DNA from: Chthonomonadales bacterium
GTDB taxonomy: Bacteria > Armatimonadota > Chthonomonadetes > Chthonomonadales > CAJBBX01
Direction of reading: 5' to 3'
Length of the DNA stretch: 64,000 nucleotides
Assembly (NCBI GenBank): GCA_049967475.1
Contig: JBMFSQ010000001.1
Span: forward strand, 86,600 to 150,599
In this document: positions 10,568 through 20,074 of the stretch, one piece after another
Layout: each line of letters opens with the position of its first letter
Position numbering within the stretch: position 1 is the stretch's first letter
The notes under the pieces: generated by a model
What the model saw: only the letters and a program-made list of their open reading frames with translations
What the model was told of the DNA's origin: nothing
Database searches by the model: none
Translations under genes and position numbers: made by a program

Positions 10568-10597
10568 TTGCCTTACCGTGGGCCGCTATGCTACAAT
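10568..10597 (+). promoter_or_regulatory. Putative housekeeping-sigma promoter for the lpdA operon
   Basis: TTGCCT-N18-TACAAT with extended -10 TGn. Confidence 0.55.
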
Positions 10598-10794
10598 GCC
10601 TCAGCCGGCGCAGGCGGGCTGCCTGTTTGCCTCCAGCCCGACACTGTGAACGGGAGCCTGCATTGAATAATCGCCCTAAAGCGTGCTCTGGCGTGGTGGT
10701 TGATCCTCCCGTGCGTGTTTCGCATCGCATGGGAAGCGTTTTGCTGCCGGAGAGTTCCTTAGAGGTGGCTATCGAGGAGGAGGTTCTTTCGCTG

Positions 10795-12210
10795 ATGTCC
10801 CCTTCCGTACAATATGATGCTGATGTGGTAGTAATCGGTTCAGGTCCGGGTGGATATGTGGCGGCCATTCGGGCAGCCCAGCTCGGCGGGCGTGTAGTGT
10901 GCGTGGAGAAGGATCCCAAAGGGTGGGGGGGCGTTTGTTTGAACTGGGGGTGCATCCCCACCAAAACGATGATCGCCAGTGTCCAGCGGTACGTGGAGGC
11001 GAAGGAGGCGGCGAAACTCGGGGTCTTGGCCTCAGACGTCCGATACGATTTCGGCAAGATCATGGAACGCAAGGACCGGGTGGTGGCAACGCTTCGGGGC
11101 GGCGTGGAGACACTCCTCAAGTCCAACGGGGTGCGCAAAGTCGTGGGCGTGGCGCGCCTCGCCGGCCCGCACACCGTTGAAGTGGAGACCCCTGACGGCA
11201 AAGAGACGATTAGCGCAGCGAATGTTATCGTAGCTACCGGTTCTGCGCCCATCATGCCGCCTATCCCTGGGTTGGAGGGGCCCGGCATCTGGACGAGCAA
11301 CGAAGCAGTGAGCTGCACAGCCGTGCCCAAATCCATGGTTCTAATCGGCGCCGGAGCCATCGGTCTTGAGTTTGCCTACGTCTTCAACGGGCTGGGAACC
11401 CAGTGCACTGTGGTGGAGATGATGCCCGAAGTGCTTCCCTTGGTGGACGCTGAGGTGGCGGCAGAGCTGCGCAAATGCTTGGGGCGGCAAGGCATCAAGT
11501 TCCACCTGGAGAGCAAAGTTACAGCCGTGGAGCGCACATCCGGCGGGCTGGCAGTTACCGTTGAGGGGGCCAAAGGGCAAGCCAAAGTGGAGTGCGAAGT
11601 GGTTCTGGTGGGTGTAGGGAGGCGCGCGGTTTTGGCAGATTTGGGTTTGGAAGCGGCAGGCGTGCGGTTGGAGCGCACCTACATCCCCGTAGACGAGCAC
11701 ATGCGTACAAACGTGCCCTCCATCTTTGCCATAGGCGACGTTACGGGGAAGATGCAGCTTGCCCACGTCGCTTCGCACCAGGGCATCGTGGCTGCGGAAA
11801 ATGCGCTGGGACATGCCAGCCGCATGGATTACCGGGCGGTTCCGAGCCCGGTTTTTACCGAGCCGGAACTTGCTACCGTAGGCCTCTCTGAGCAGCAGGC
11901 ACGGGAAGCCGGATACGATGTCATGATAGGCAAGTTCCCCTTCCGTCCCTTGGGCAAGTCTCTAGCGATGGGCCAGCAGGACGGGATGGTGAAGGTGGTG
12001 TCTGAGCGCAAGTACGGGGAACTCCTGGGCGTTCACATTGTCGGGCCGCATGCCTCGGACCTGATCCATGAAGCAGTGGCGGCCATTCAGCTCGAAGCTA
12101 CAGTAGATGAGCTCATGACGCTGATCCATGCGCATCCCACGTTGGCCGAAGCCATCTTGGAGGCATCCCTCGACGTGAAGGGAGAGGCCATTCACAAGCC
12201 GAAGTCCTAG
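10795..12210 (+). CDS. lpdA: Dihydrolipoamide dehydrogenase
   Basis: GSGPGGYVAAIRAAQLG, GGVCLNWGCIPTK, HAHPTLAE. Start moved to ATG 10795 behind a GAGGAGGAGG RBS. Confidence 0.95.
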   Translation: MSPSVQYDADVVVIGSGPGGYVAAIRAAQLGGRVVCVEKDPKGWGGVCLNWGCIPTKTMIASVQRYVEAKEAAKLGVLASDVRYDFGKIMERKDRVVATLRGGVETLLKSNGVRKVVGVARLAGPHTVEVETPDGKETISAANVIVATGSAPIMPPIPGLEGPGIWTSNEAVSCTAVPKSMVLIGAGAIGLEFAYVFNGLGTQCTVVEMMPEVLPLVDAEVAAELRKCLGRQGIKFHLESKVTAVERTSGGLAVTVEGAKGQAKVECEVVLVGVGRRAVLADLGLEAAGVRLERTYIPVDEHMRTNVPSIFAIGDVTGKMQLAHVASHQGIVAAENALGHASRMDYRAVPSPVFTEPELATVGLSEQQAREAGYDVMIGKFPFRPLGKSLAMGQQDGMVKVVSERKYGELLGVHIVGPHASDLIHEAVAAIQLEATVDELMTLIHAHPTLAEAILEASLDVKGEAIHKPKS

Positions 12211-12231
12211 CAACACAGGAGGCTCTGTGCC

Positions 12232-13275
12232 ATGCGCGCCGAAACTCGTGTCGTAGTTTGTGCCGCGCTTCTTCTTCTAGGAGGGTGTGCCCACAAGACC
12301 CCGGAGGTGCCGGGGATGCGCTCGGGCACTGCTGCAATGAAGGTAGGCGAGGTTACCGACGCAGGCGGGATTGATGACAAATCGTTCAATGCGCTCGCGT
12401 GGGAGGGGCTGAAGCGGGCGCAATCCGAGCTTGGGGTGGAAGCCAAGTACCTTGAGAGCCGCGAGATCGGAGATTACAAAACGAACCTGTCTACCCTCGC
12501 GGATCAGGGGAGCACGCTGGTATTTGCCGTCGGATACATGATGGAAGATGCCCTCAAGGAGATCGCGCCAAGCTATCCGAATACGAAATTCGCCATCATA
12601 GATGGTAGCGCCCCAAACGCTCCGAACTGCGTGTCGCTCAAATTCCGTGAGGAGGAGGGCTCATTCCTGGCGGGCTATTTGGCAGGCAGGATGACGAAGA
12701 CCGGCACCATCGGCTTTGTGGGAGGCATCGAAGGTCCCCTCATCAAAAAGTTCGAGGTCGGCTACTACGCCGGGGCCCGCACGGCACGTCCGGATATACA
12801 CGTGCTTATAAAGTATGTAGGAAGCTGGACGGACGTGCCCAAGGGCAAAGAACTGGCGATCCTGGAGTTTCAGCAGGGCGCAGACATTGTTTTTGCAGCG
12901 GCAGGCAAGAGCGGTTTGGGGGTGCTCGACGCAGCCAACGACCGTGGTTCCGGCTATTATGCCATCGGCGTGGATGCCGACCAGGATTACATCCATCCAG
13001 GGCGCATCCTCACCAGCATGATGAAGGGCGTGGACGTGGCCGTATACCAAACCGTAAAGGACCTCAAGGAGGGTAAGTGGCAGCCCGGCGAGCATGTGTT
13101 TGGAGTGAAGGAAGGCGGTGTGCACCTTTCGCCTATGACGTACACGCGCAAGGATGTTCCACCGGATATATTGGCCAAACTGGATGAGATCACCAAGATG
13201 ATCTCGGACGGCCGGATACACGTTCCTTCTACGGATGCAGGCTTGGAGAACTTCCAGGTGCCGAGGCTGCAATAG
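12232..13275 (+). CDS. BMP-family (PnrA/TmpC-like) ABC substrate-binding lipoprotein
   Basis: Lipobox LLGGC, GGIDDKSFN, EEGSFLAGYLA, AIGVDADQ. Confidence 0.9.
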   Translation: MRAETRVVVCAALLLLGGCAHKTPEVPGMRSGTAAMKVGEVTDAGGIDDKSFNALAWEGLKRAQSELGVEAKYLESREIGDYKTNLSTLADQGSTLVFAVGYMMEDALKEIAPSYPNTKFAIIDGSAPNAPNCVSLKFREEEGSFLAGYLAGRMTKTGTIGFVGGIEGPLIKKFEVGYYAGARTARPDIHVLIKYVGSWTDVPKGKELAILEFQQGADIVFAAAGKSGLGVLDAANDRGSGYYAIGVDADQDYIHPGRILTSMMKGVDVAVYQTVKDLKEGKWQPGEHVFGVKEGGVHLSPMTYTRKDVPPDILAKLDEITKMISDGRIHVPSTDAGLENFQVPRLQ

Positions 13276-13280
13276 GTTCC

Positions 13281-14267
13281 ATGGAGGCACGGATGCCATT
13301 TCAGGTGGCTGCAGTTCAGATTGCCCCGAAGAAGGCCGATTATGCCTGCAACCTCATGCGCCTAGGTGAAGTCTTCGCCCAGGCTGATGCAATGTCGCCC
13401 CGGCCCGATGTGTTGGTTCTCCCTGAAGCGGTTCTTTCGGGCTACTTTCTGGAGGGCGGCGTTCGGGATGTTGCTCAGACACGAGAGGTCGTGTTCGCGG
13501 ATCTTTTGGACCAGTACCGCAAGAATGCAGCATCGGGGCTACCCATGGATGTGGCATTGGGCTTCTACGAACTGTATCGAGGCACCTACCACAATGCGGC
13601 CCTCTACGCCACCCTCACGCCCGGTAACGGATGCAGCGTCGAGGCCCGTGCACACCATGTACACCACAAGTTCTTTCTGCCCACCTACGGCGTTTTCGAT
13701 GAGAAGCGCTTCGTGTCACGCGGGAGAACCATTCAGTCCTTTGACACCCGTTTCTGCCGGGCAGCGATGTTGATTTGTGAAGACGTGTGGCATTCTGTGG
13801 CGGCTACCCTCGCCGCGCTGGATGGGGCCCAGGTGATTTACGTATTGAGCGCATCTCCCGGGCGCGACTTCGCCGGCGAAGATCTGGGGAACCTGGCTCG
13901 GTGGAAGCGCATCCTGCCCGAGATTGCGGCCGAGCACAATGTTTGGGTGGTCTACAGCGGATTGGTAGGTTTTGAAGGCGGCAAGGGCTTCACAGGATCT
14001 TCGTGTGTCATAGACCCTTGGGGCAAAGTGCGCGTTATGGGTTCCGTGCTCAACGAAGAGTTGGTCACCGCCCCCATAGATCTGGAGGAGATTGCCGTGG
14101 CACGGGCAGCGTCTCCCATGCTGGCGAACCTAGAATCGGCTCTCCCCGATGTGGCGATTGCGATGGACGCCTTGGCCAAGCGCCCACACTGGATCTGGAC
14201 GGACACGGTTCCCCGATCTTCGGATGCCGGCGGCGCCCCGCAATCCGGCGGGACGGAGGATCTATGA
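13281..14267 (+). CDS. Nitrilase-family carbon-nitrogen hydrolase (probable glutaminase subunit of NAD synthetase)
   Basis: Catalytic triad E (LPEA), K (HHKFFLPTYGVFDEKR), C (ICEDVWH); ATGA overlap with nadE. Confidence 0.85.
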   Translation: MEARMPFQVAAVQIAPKKADYACNLMRLGEVFAQADAMSPRPDVLVLPEAVLSGYFLEGGVRDVAQTREVVFADLLDQYRKNAASGLPMDVALGFYELYRGTYHNAALYATLTPGNGCSVEARAHHVHHKFFLPTYGVFDEKRFVSRGRTIQSFDTRFCRAAMLICEDVWHSVAATLAALDGAQVIYVLSASPGRDFAGEDLGNLARWKRILPEIAAEHNVWVVYSGLVGFEGGKGFTGSSCVIDPWGKVRVMGSVLNEELVTAPIDLEEIAVARAASPMLANLESALPDVAIAMDALAKRPHWIWTDTVPRSSDAGGAPQSGGTEDL

Positions 14268-15127
14268 TGCACCTGAAGGTGGTTGCTGCTCCGCCGCCCG
14301 ACCCGGCGAGCGACGAGAACCTTGCCATCAACGCTCCGCTTCTCGAGGAGTGGCTGGTGGCATTCTTGCGGGATGAGATTGTGCGGCGGCGCGGCTTCCA
14401 ACGCGCTGTGGTAGGCCTCTCCGGAGGTGTGGACTCTTCGCTCACTGCGTTCCTTTGTGCAAAAGCCCTAGGACCCGCGAATGTTTACGGCATCCGCATG
14501 CCCTATCGTACCAGCAGTAAGGAGAGCCTGGAACATGCCCAGCTTGTGGCGGATCTTCTGGGCATCCAATGCCGCACGATCGAGATTACGGACGCAGTAG
14601 ACGGCTATCTTCAGTTTGAACCCGATGCGGACGGGCGGCGGCGCGGCAACGTGATGGCGCGAATGCGCATGATCGTCCTGTTCGATCAATCGGCGGCCCT
14701 CCATGCGCTTCCTGTGGGGACCGGCAACAAAACAGAGCGCCTGTTCGGATATTTCACCTGGCACGCAGATGACTCACCGCCGGTGAACCCGTTGGGAGAC
14801 CTCTACAAGACGCAGGTGTGGATGCTCGCACGCCACATGGGGGTTCCGGACGTCATCGTGAGCAAGCCTGCCTCGGCCGACTTGATTGTGGGGCAGACCG
14901 ATGAGGGCGACTTCGGCATTTCCTATGTGCGGGCGGATCGCATCCTTTACTATCTTCTGAAGGGGTACTCGCCGCAGCACATCGTCAACATGGGATTTCC
15001 CGCGGAGGACGTAGCCCTCGTCCATCAAAAAGTCGCGACGACCCATTGGAAGCGCCACTTGCCTACAACAGCGATGCTCTCTACTACGTCCATCAACGAC
15101 TACTACCTGCGGCCGGTAGACTACTGA
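14264..15127 (+). CDS. nadE: NAD+ synthetase, synthetase subunit
   Basis: VVGLSGGVDSS, GNVMARMRM, GTGNKTE, DLYKTQV, KPASADL. Start set at ATG 14264 after GGAGGA. Confidence 0.93.
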   Translation: MMHLKVVAAPPPDPASDENLAINAPLLEEWLVAFLRDEIVRRRGFQRAVVGLSGGVDSSLTAFLCAKALGPANVYGIRMPYRTSSKESLEHAQLVADLLGIQCRTIEITDAVDGYLQFEPDADGRRRGNVMARMRMIVLFDQSAALHALPVGTGNKTERLFGYFTWHADDSPPVNPLGDLYKTQVWMLARHMGVPDVIVSKPASADLIVGQTDEGDFGISYVRADRILYYLLKGYSPQHIVNMGFPAEDVALVHQKVATTHWKRHLPTTAMLSTTSINDYYLRPVDY

Positions 15128-15217
15128 GGTTCCAGCACAGCAGGATTACGCAAGGATAACGTTGAATAAAACGCCTGCACAAAGGGCAGCCGCGCCAGCC
15201 CTGTGCGGAGACAGATC

Positions 15218-16357
15218 ATGAACGCCCTCAGAACCGCCACGGCTGGGGCTCGGATGCTGTTCAACCATCCGGACCTCGTGCGGTGGTATCTGCGCAACAA
15301 GCTCCGCGTGAGAGGTCTGCCGCGAGAGCAGCGGCAAGGCGACGGTTCCAGCCGTTATCCTCTGGGCATCACCTTCAAGCCTACGCTGAGTTGCAATCTG
15401 CGGTGCCGAATGTGCGCCTTCGTGGCGAGCGGCGCCGTCTTTACCAATCCCAAGGATAGCCTTCCGCTGGAGGTTTGGAAGGCCGTGGTGGACGATGTGG
15501 CCCCTTGGCGGCCCTACATCTGGTTCACGGGAGGAGAGCCTACGCTGTACCCGCATTTTGTGCCCCTGGTTCGCGCGATCAAGGAAAAGGGGCTCATGAC
15601 CGGGGTAACCACCAACGGCACCACCCTCAAACACAAGGCTGCCGAGATCATGGAAGCGCCCATGGATTTGATGGTCGTGTCCATTGACGGCAAAGGAAGC
15701 ATCCACAATACTGTTCGGGGACACGAGCGCGCCTATGACCGCACCATCGAAGGCGTCCTAGAGATCCAAGAGCTCAAGAAACGCTTGGGCAGCCGCAAGC
15801 CGGCGCTGATCGTGAATTGCGCCATGACGCCGGATAACTACGAACACATTGGGGACCTGGTGGAAGTGGCCGAGATGCTCGGCGCAGACGCGCTCAATTT
15901 CCAGCATCTGTGGCAGCTTACCAACAAAATGGTGGAGGCTCATAACGCTAAATGGGGCGAGTTCCACCGCGTATCCTACGATGACTGCGGGGGCATGGAG
16001 CCCAAGCCTGTGGATGTGGAGCAGGTAATCCGTGTAGTGCGTGAAGTGAAGCAGATGGATTGCCGGGTGCCCGTGCTCTTCCACCCGGAAATCTCGGACG
16101 ATGAGATCCGCACGTATTATAACGAGCCCGAGACCTTCGTGCGGAGAAGCCCCGCAGCCTGTGCATGGCTCAATACCGATATCCTGCCTAATGGAGACGT
16201 GTCTCCCTGCTTCGACATGATTTGCGGGAATATCACCCAGGAACCCTTCTCGCGCATCTGGAACAACTTCGCGTTCCGTGAACATCGCAAGCGCTTGAGC
16301 GTAGAAGGGGATTTCCCCATTTGCGCGCGGTGCTGTGCCTATTGGCGGCGCGATTAG
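15218..16357 (+). CDS. Radical SAM protein with SPASM/twitch domain
   Basis: CNLRCRMC, TGGEP, TTNGT, VSIDG; C-terminal C...GDVSPC...CGN...IWN...CARCC. Confidence 0.9.
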   Translation: MNALRTATAGARMLFNHPDLVRWYLRNKLRVRGLPREQRQGDGSSRYPLGITFKPTLSCNLRCRMCAFVASGAVFTNPKDSLPLEVWKAVVDDVAPWRPYIWFTGGEPTLYPHFVPLVRAIKEKGLMTGVTTNGTTLKHKAAEIMEAPMDLMVVSIDGKGSIHNTVRGHERAYDRTIEGVLEIQELKKRLGSRKPALIVNCAMTPDNYEHIGDLVEVAEMLGADALNFQHLWQLTNKMVEAHNAKWGEFHRVSYDDCGGMEPKPVDVEQVIRVVREVKQMDCRVPVLFHPEISDDEIRTYYNEPETFVRRSPAACAWLNTDILPNGDVSPCFDMICGNITQEPFSRIWNNFAFREHRKRLSVEGDFPICARCCAYWRRD

Positions 16358-16383
16358 CGGATGGGGAGGCAAGAGGCGGCGGT

Positions 16384-17178
16384 ATGGCTCCTGCAGGCGA
16401 GAGCGCTTCGCCCATAGATGCCGTCATATTGGCCGGAGGCAGAGCCCAAGAGGATATGGCCCATCTTACCGGCACCCGTGTCCGCGCCCTCTTTCCGTTC
16501 CGCGGCCGCGCCTTCGCACAGTGGGCGTACGAAGCGCTCCGGGCAGTTCCAAGCGTGGGGCGCATCGCCATCGTAGGACCCGTTGAGGATCTCAAGCGCC
16601 TTCCAGATCTAAGCTCCGCAGACCTGCTGGTTCCGGAGCGGGACAGCATGGAGGCCAATCTCTTTGCAGCCGTCGCCGCGCTTCTGCCTCAGGGACGCCT
16701 ATTGGCTACGGCGTGCGACAATCCTCTGCTGAGTGCAGAGGCGTATTGTGACTTTTTGGCGCGGTGTCCCATGGAAGCCGCTCTTTGTTACCCGATTATG
16801 GAGTACAAAGTCTTCCTCGCGGAATTCCCCGGCGCCGCCAATATCCCGGTGCGCTTGCGCGACGGCGTTTTCATAGGGGGCGACTGCGTGCTGTTTCACA
16901 GTGCGGCCATCCCCAAGCTCCAGCGTGCGATCTGCGAGGTAGCAGCAGCGCGCAAGAGCCTTCACCGCATGGTGGGTCTGCTCGGATGGCGTTTCGCGCT
17001 CCGGTTCGCGATGAGGCTTGCAACGAGTTATGAGGTGGAGGCGCGGGCAAGCCAGATCGCGGGGGTAACCGTGCGGTTCGTACGTGAATGCCATCCGGCC
17101 TTCGCAATAGACATTGATGACCCCACCGATTGGAACTATCTCATGCGCTGGGATGCTCTGAGAAGATCCTCAGACTAG
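16384..17178 (+). CDS. MobA-like nucleotidyltransferase-family protein
   Basis: DAVILAGG, ACDNPLL, IDIDDPTD; start uncertain. Confidence 0.75.
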   Translation: MAPAGESASPIDAVILAGGRAQEDMAHLTGTRVRALFPFRGRAFAQWAYEALRAVPSVGRIAIVGPVEDLKRLPDLSSADLLVPERDSMEANLFAAVAALLPQGRLLATACDNPLLSAEAYCDFLARCPMEAALCYPIMEYKVFLAEFPGAANIPVRLRDGVFIGGDCVLFHSAAIPKLQRAICEVAAARKSLHRMVGLLGWRFALRFAMRLATSYEVEARASQIAGVTVRFVRECHPAFAIDIDDPTDWNYLMRWDALRRSSD

Positions 17179-19068
17179 GTGGATGCGCCGGTGATAGAGC
17201 CACCACTCCAGGAGAAGCACTCCCAACAGTCCTGCAGCCAGAACGGGACCCAGTTCGTAGCGGATGGCTGCCCGCCTGGCGTGCACAGAGGCGGTGCCGG
17301 CGGAACCAGTGTGGGAAAGCGATGGGAGGACCGGATTTCGGGGGGCCAGGTCTTCCTCGTTATAATCCATGAGGTTGGCTGCAAAGGTGCTCGTGTGCCC
17401 TTGGGGTCCCCGCACGGTGTAGATGCCTGCCTCGTCCGTGTCGTTGAACGCGGCGACACCGCCGGAGGGCGTCTGCAGGATGTGCTGGGTTCCGTCCGGC
17501 TTTGTGACGGTGAGTTGCGAGGCCCCGGCAGGCGCCGGAAGAATTACGGGGGCACCTGTTCGGATTTGGCTTGTATGGTCCTCCGCATGGGCGGTCCACC
17601 TCAGCAGGTTGGACAAGAAGATGGGATAGCTCACCGTAAGTGGGAAGGGGCCATGGGCCAGGTCTAGGGAGAAACCCAGCCAAACGGTTCGAAAGCTTCC
17701 GGTTTCTGCCGCCACAATCACGGATCCGCCTGCGCACGCGGCAATCTCCTGCGCCGAGCCCTGGGGTTGGCCTGCGCTCATGCTGCTCCATCGGATTTGG
17801 GTGAGGTCCACGTATCGAAGGATCGGGTGGGGCATATCGGGTACGATGATCGCTTGATCGCGGACCACGCCGGTGTTGCGGACCGGGGCCCGATCTGCAG
17901 TGCAGTTCACAAATACGTAATTGCCAGGGGGCAGGGTCCTCGGGCAGGCGCCGTCGAACAGAACCACATCGTAGCCCGTGGGCGCTGCAAACTCGGCTAA
18001 CGGCATTTGGCTCAGCTCAACCGACGCATCGGCCTGGATGCCCTCTTCCAGGAATATGTCTCCCCTGCCTACCAGTAGGGCGCGGATCTTCTTCCGAGGC
18101 GGGATAATCAGGTACGCCCTGTTGTCGGCAGCGAGATCATCTTGAACGTCTAGGTTGATGGTTATCTGCAGGGGTGCCGGCGGTTCGGGGATCTGGAACA
18201 CTTCGGATCGCTCCGCATTGGGCGGCAGGCTCACTTCCCGGGCGTCCATCAGGGTGCTTCCGGCCTGTGCTCCCGGGGTAGAGGGCCGGCCGCGGATCTC
18301 CATGGTAAACGTTTGAGGGTGACTGTCGAAGTTGTGCAGAGTGGCCAGAACCTCTACGATGCCCTCTTGAGAAAGGGTCCGCCGATAGTCTGCGGCAACG
18401 ATGCCAATGTTGTGGGAAGCGCGGCCTACGCGGTGGAAGAAGACGTGCGCGTGGCCCAGGTTAACGCCGGTTATTTGCGTGAAGCCGCCGTCCGAAAAGA
18501 TGTGGATCTCTCCTTCGCTTGCGGGTGCGACGACCGCCGCGGCCAAGCCGAGAGCTCCCTTCATATCACAGGATGTAGTGCGGGCGTGGATTTGGGACAC
18601 GGCCTGGGCAAGTTCGCTGCGCCGGTCTGTGAAGCCGGTCAGAGCTTCGGGCCGCGCGCCGGCGGCGATTACCATGCCCAGGTCTTGGGGGGCCATGGAG
18701 GCGACGACGCCTCGAGCGAGGTCCTGGGCTTTGGCCATCCGATCCGGGCGAACATCTGTGGCTTCCATGGATGCAGACGTGTCCAAAATGAGGACAACGC
18801 TTCGCCCGGCGTGGCCGATGCGTCGCACATAGGGCTGAGCGAGTGCCACGGAAAGGATAAGGGCGGCAAGGATTTGCAGGATGAGCAGGATATTCCGGCG
18901 AAGGCGTTGGAACGGAGCATTTGCCTGCACGTCGCGGATTACCCGCTGCCAGAGGAGCGTGGAGGGCACCACTACATCGCGCCGGCGCAATTTCAGCAAG
19001 TACATGGCGATGATGAGGGATGCTGCGGGAAGCAACCATAACATCTTGAGAGGTGCATCCAGACCCAT
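17170..19068 (-). CDS. BatA/VWA domain membrane protein
   Basis: N-terminal BatA pattern (YLLK...VPSTLLW...LLILQ...ALAQP), MIDAS DTSASM, FSDG, C-terminal TM ending LLEWWLY. Confidence 0.85.
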   Translation of the reverse strand: MGLDAPLKMLWLLPAASLIIAMYLLKLRRRDVVVPSTLLWQRVIRDVQANAPFQRLRRNILLILQILAALILSVALAQPYVRRIGHAGRSVVLILDTSASMEATDVRPDRMAKAQDLARGVVASMAPQDLGMVIAAGARPEALTGFTDRRSELAQAVSQIHARTTSCDMKGALGLAAAVVAPASEGEIHIFSDGGFTQITGVNLGHAHVFFHRVGRASHNIGIVAADYRRTLSQEGIVEVLATLHNFDSHPQTFTMEIRGRPSTPGAQAGSTLMDAREVSLPPNAERSEVFQIPEPPAPLQITINLDVQDDLAADNRAYLIIPPRKKIRALLVGRGDIFLEEGIQADASVELSQMPLAEFAAPTGYDVVLFDGACPRTLPPGNYVFVNCTADRAPVRNTGVVRDQAIIVPDMPHPILRYVDLTQIRWSSMSAGQPQGSAQEIAACAGGSVIVAAETGSFRTVWLGFSLDLAHGPFPLTVSYPIFLSNLLRWTAHAEDHTSQIRTGAPVILPAPAGASQLTVTKPDGTQHILQTPSGGVAAFNDTDEAGIYTVRGPQGHTSTFAANLMDYNEEDLAPRNPVLPSLSHTGSAGTASVHARRAAIRYELGPVLAAGLLGVLLLEWWLYHRRIHLV

Positions 19069-19138
19069 GTGTCTATGACCCTTGTGCCATCCCTTCCTGC
19101 TCAGCCGGTCGGGGGGCAGCACCTAAACGTAATCGTTG

Positions 19139-20074
19139 CTATACTACGATGCCCGTCCTGTGGAGGTGCTTGAGGACGGCCCCTTCGAAGTCGTCCCGCG
19201 AGGAAGCCCGCACGTAGTCGGCGCCTGCGCGCAGTGCGAAGGCTCTGATGCTGCCGCAGAAATCTTCGAGAACGGCCTGGTACCGCTGGATCAGAGCTGG
19301 GGTAACACTCATCTCCTTCGCTTCGCCTGTTTCGCTGTCCAGGATGCGCAGATCACCAACCAGGTCCGGGTGGATCTCTTCAGGAGCGAGTACCTGCACC
19401 AACACGAGCTGGTATCCTCGAGACGATAGGGCTTGGACGCCTTCCTTCCACCCTGCATCCATGAAGTCGGAGAGAAGGATCACGAGCCCCCGGTGCCGAG
19501 TATGGGTTGCGAAGGTGCGCAGATCCTGGGCCAGTGAGGAGCGTCCTGCCGGTGTGACGGCGCTGAGGGTGCGAAAAAACGGGATCACAGCCGCTCTGCC
19601 CCGGCGCGGCGGCAGGCCGGGAAGCGACTTCGCCGGGGTCGTTTCATTTTCTCCGGAGAGGACGGTCAACGAAACGCGGTCATAGTTGGTCATGGCGATG
19701 TAGCCCAGCGCTGCGGCTACTTTGACTGCGAACTGCAATTTGGAGGGGGTGCCGAAACCCATGCTGGCGCTTGCATCGAGCAGGACGGCTACGTACAGGT
19801 CCTCCTCTTCTACGAAGAGCTTTACGAAGAGCTTCTCCAGGCGACCGGCAAGGTTCCAATCCACATACCGCAGGTCATCGCCGAGGTTGTACTCGCGGTA
19901 ATCGGCAAATTCGACGCTGGTGCCTCGATGGACGGAGCGCTTCTCGCCTTTCATCTGCCCAGGAAAGGGTTTGCGTGCGGTGAGGGCGAGACGTTCCAGC
20001 CTTCTTAGGAATGCGGCATCCAGGATCGGTTGGTCCATGGGCGAACGTGTCGTGTCAGGGTTCATCGAGTTCAT
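19139..20074 (-). CDS. DUF58 (VWA-like) protein
   Basis: GTSVEFADYREYNLGDDLRYVDWN, LLDASASM, LSDF; start uncertain. Confidence 0.9.
   Translation of the reverse strand: MNSMNPDTTRSPMDQPILDAAFLRRLERLALTARKPFPGQMKGEKRSVHRGTSVEFADYREYNLGDDLRYVDWNLAGRLEKLFVKLFVEEEDLYVAVLLDASASMGFGTPSKLQFAVKVAAALGYIAMTNYDRVSLTVLSGENETTPAKSLPGLPPRRGRAAVIPFFRTLSAVTPAGRSSLAQDLRTFATHTRHRGLVILLSDFMDAGWKEGVQALSSRGYQLVLVQVLAPEEIHPDLVGDLRILDSETGEAKEMSVTPALIQRYQAVLEDFCGSIRAFALRAGADYVRASSRDDFEGAVLKHLHRTGIVV

Noticed and set aside
10588..10794. 69-aa N-terminal extension of LpdA
   Set aside because: It overlaps the promoter and leader; the strong RBS and homology start point to ATG 10795.
14003..14263. N-terminal extension of NadE, or a frameshifted fusion with the nitrilase gene
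   Set aside because: A clean RBS plus ATGA overlap indicates two coupled genes.
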